A stretch of 64,000 nucleotides of DNA from Candidatus Thorarchaeota archaeon (GTDB lineage Archaea > Asgardarchaeota > Thorarchaeia > Thorarchaeales > Thorarchaeaceae). A model generated the notes under the pieces. That model made no database searches and had not been told where the DNA came from. It saw only the letters and a list, made by a program, of their open reading frames with translations. The position numbers and the translations under genes were made by a program. Below are positions 63,118 to 64,000 of this stretch, piece after piece (positions within the stretch are counted from its first letter, which is position 1; each line of letters starts with the position of its first letter). The stretch is from positions 28,852-92,851 of the forward strand of contig JAEORX010000002.1 of assembly GCA_016840685.1 (NCBI GenBank), in the 5' to 3' direction.

Positions 63118-63900
63118 ATGGACATCTCAAAGTGGTTTGTGACATACCCTGTTGGTGTTGATGACACTTCACTGAACCCGGAAAGAATCACCGTGTTAGA
63201 GGAGATTCTGGTTAAGAATTATGGCCTTCAAGTTTCGCTAGTGTCAATGGAGCGACTAAAGAGTAGGAAGAACATAGTGGTTCATCTCAAGATGTCACAT
63301 AACAAAACCCCATCATTTGATCTTGTTGCGAAGATGTTCGTGGTAGATAGATTCGATATCGAGCTTCAAATGCTGAAGTCTAGCTGGGAGAATTCAATAA
63401 CTGTTCCTAGGGTGATTGATGCTAGAGCTGGTGTGATCCTCATGGATTTCATCCCAGGAGAGCCACTCGTTGACATCTTGAATCAAACATTTAATACTTC
63501 GCTCATTGAACTATTGGCTCAGTGGTATCATAAATTTCATAGTGTCCATGGAATGATCAAGGGGGATCCGCGACTTCGTAACTTCATTCATCAGAATGGT
63601 CGAATCTATGGGGTGGACTACGAAGAAACACGTCCAGGACCTTGGATTCTAGATATGGGTGGTATAGCAGCAAGTCTCCTAGACACAAACCCTATCTTCG
63701 ATATCAGAAAACGAAGGATGTGCTGGACTCTTCTTGAAACATATCTGACTCTCATTGGCGAGAAAAAGACCCCAGAAATAGAAACAGCGTTCAACAAAAC
63801 CGTGGCTGACACCCTCAAACAAACCGCAATCTGGCGTAAAGATGACAGAATCATGTCACTCTCAGAGAGTGTTCGTGAGAATGGGATTCCCCTTGAATGA
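63118..63900 (+). CDS. Protein-kinase-like phosphotransferase (RIO / APH / LPS-kinase-like fold); ORF track starts at 63082
   Basis: ILMDFIPGEPL hinge, HGMIKGDPRLRNFI catalytic loop (H-x-x-x-G-D-x-x-x-x-N) and GVDYEE. Confidence 0.6.
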   Translation: MDISKWFVTYPVGVDDTSLNPERITVLEEILVKNYGLQVSLVSMERLKSRKNIVVHLKMSHNKTPSFDLVAKMFVVDRFDIELQMLKSSWENSITVPRVIDARAGVILMDFIPGEPLVDILNQTFNTSLIELLAQWYHKFHSVHGMIKGDPRLRNFIHQNGRIYGVDYEETRPGPWILDMGGIAASLLDTNPIFDIRKRRMCWTLLETYLTLIGEKKTPEIETAFNKTVADTLKQTAIWRKDDRIMSLSESVRENGIPLE

Positions 63901-64000
63901 CACACATGATAATCTGGTTCCCTAAGGTTCTTAACGTGATTACGTAGAGTATCGAAGTATACAGTCAAGCATATCGGGTGTTGCGATGGAACAGAAATGG

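Noticed and set aside
63618-63968. 116-aa minus-strand ORF at the window end, and a possible new plus-strand start at 63986
   Set aside because: The first is antisense to the kinase-like gene. The second is only 15 nt before the window ends and cannot be assessed.

Overview
This is an AT-rich archaeal chromosomal window, about 40% GC by eye. It is densely packed with core information-processing and central-metabolism genes. I call about 70 protein genes and 8 tRNA genes. I see no rRNA, CRISPR array, transposase or integrase. ORF-track coordinates include the stop codon, and many genes use GTG/TTG starts with GGAGG-type ribosome-binding sites.

Gene content:
- Replisome cluster at 1-6.1 kb: mcm (partial), a GINS-like gene, rfcS, rfcL and orc1/cdc6.
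- Transcription factors: TFB, TFE, MBF1 and a tentative Rpo8.
- Protein turnover and translation: PAN, NAC, S10 and GatD/GatE.
- RNA processing: Trm5, TruA, a TlyA-like methyltransferase and EndA.
- Metabolism: GlmS, Pgk, RpiA, MtnA, isopentenyl phosphate kinase, IorAB with ACD-alpha, an orphan KorA, HypF with a hydrogenase maturation protease, and a split eukaryote-like lysine-ketoglutarate reductase / saccharopine dehydrogenase pair.

Most notable non-routine signals:
1. A textbook archaeal replication origin lies at about 29.25-29.45 kb. Inverted ORB elements with G-strings flank a roughly 21% GC unwinding element. The origin is embedded among four copies of a 12-bp palindrome, GAACACGTGTTC.
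2. A second ORB lies 4 kb upstream at 25.0-25.5 kb, inside a cluster of TGTGAAT iterons and in front of a winged-helix gene.
3. A cell-surface / translocation island spans 7.5-19.3 kb. It holds two paralogous Ig-repeat glycoproteins, a FlaI/TadA-type ATPase, a Flp/Epd-like pilin and a 1263-aa membrane-anchored HerA/FtsK/VirB4-like ATPase with winged-helix-like C-terminal modules.
4. A palindromic motif, TTGTATTACAA, punctuates gene boundaries between 29 and 53 kb.
5. Six of the 8 tRNA genes carry introns, several at non-canonical positions. An EndA homolog in the window lacks the catalytic His.

The Rpo8-like gene, multi-position tRNA introns, LRR protein, Tubby/LOR-like protein and AASS-like genes suggest a TACK/Asgard-type archaeon. 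That placement is inference only. All family assignments are from reading the translations; no database search was run.
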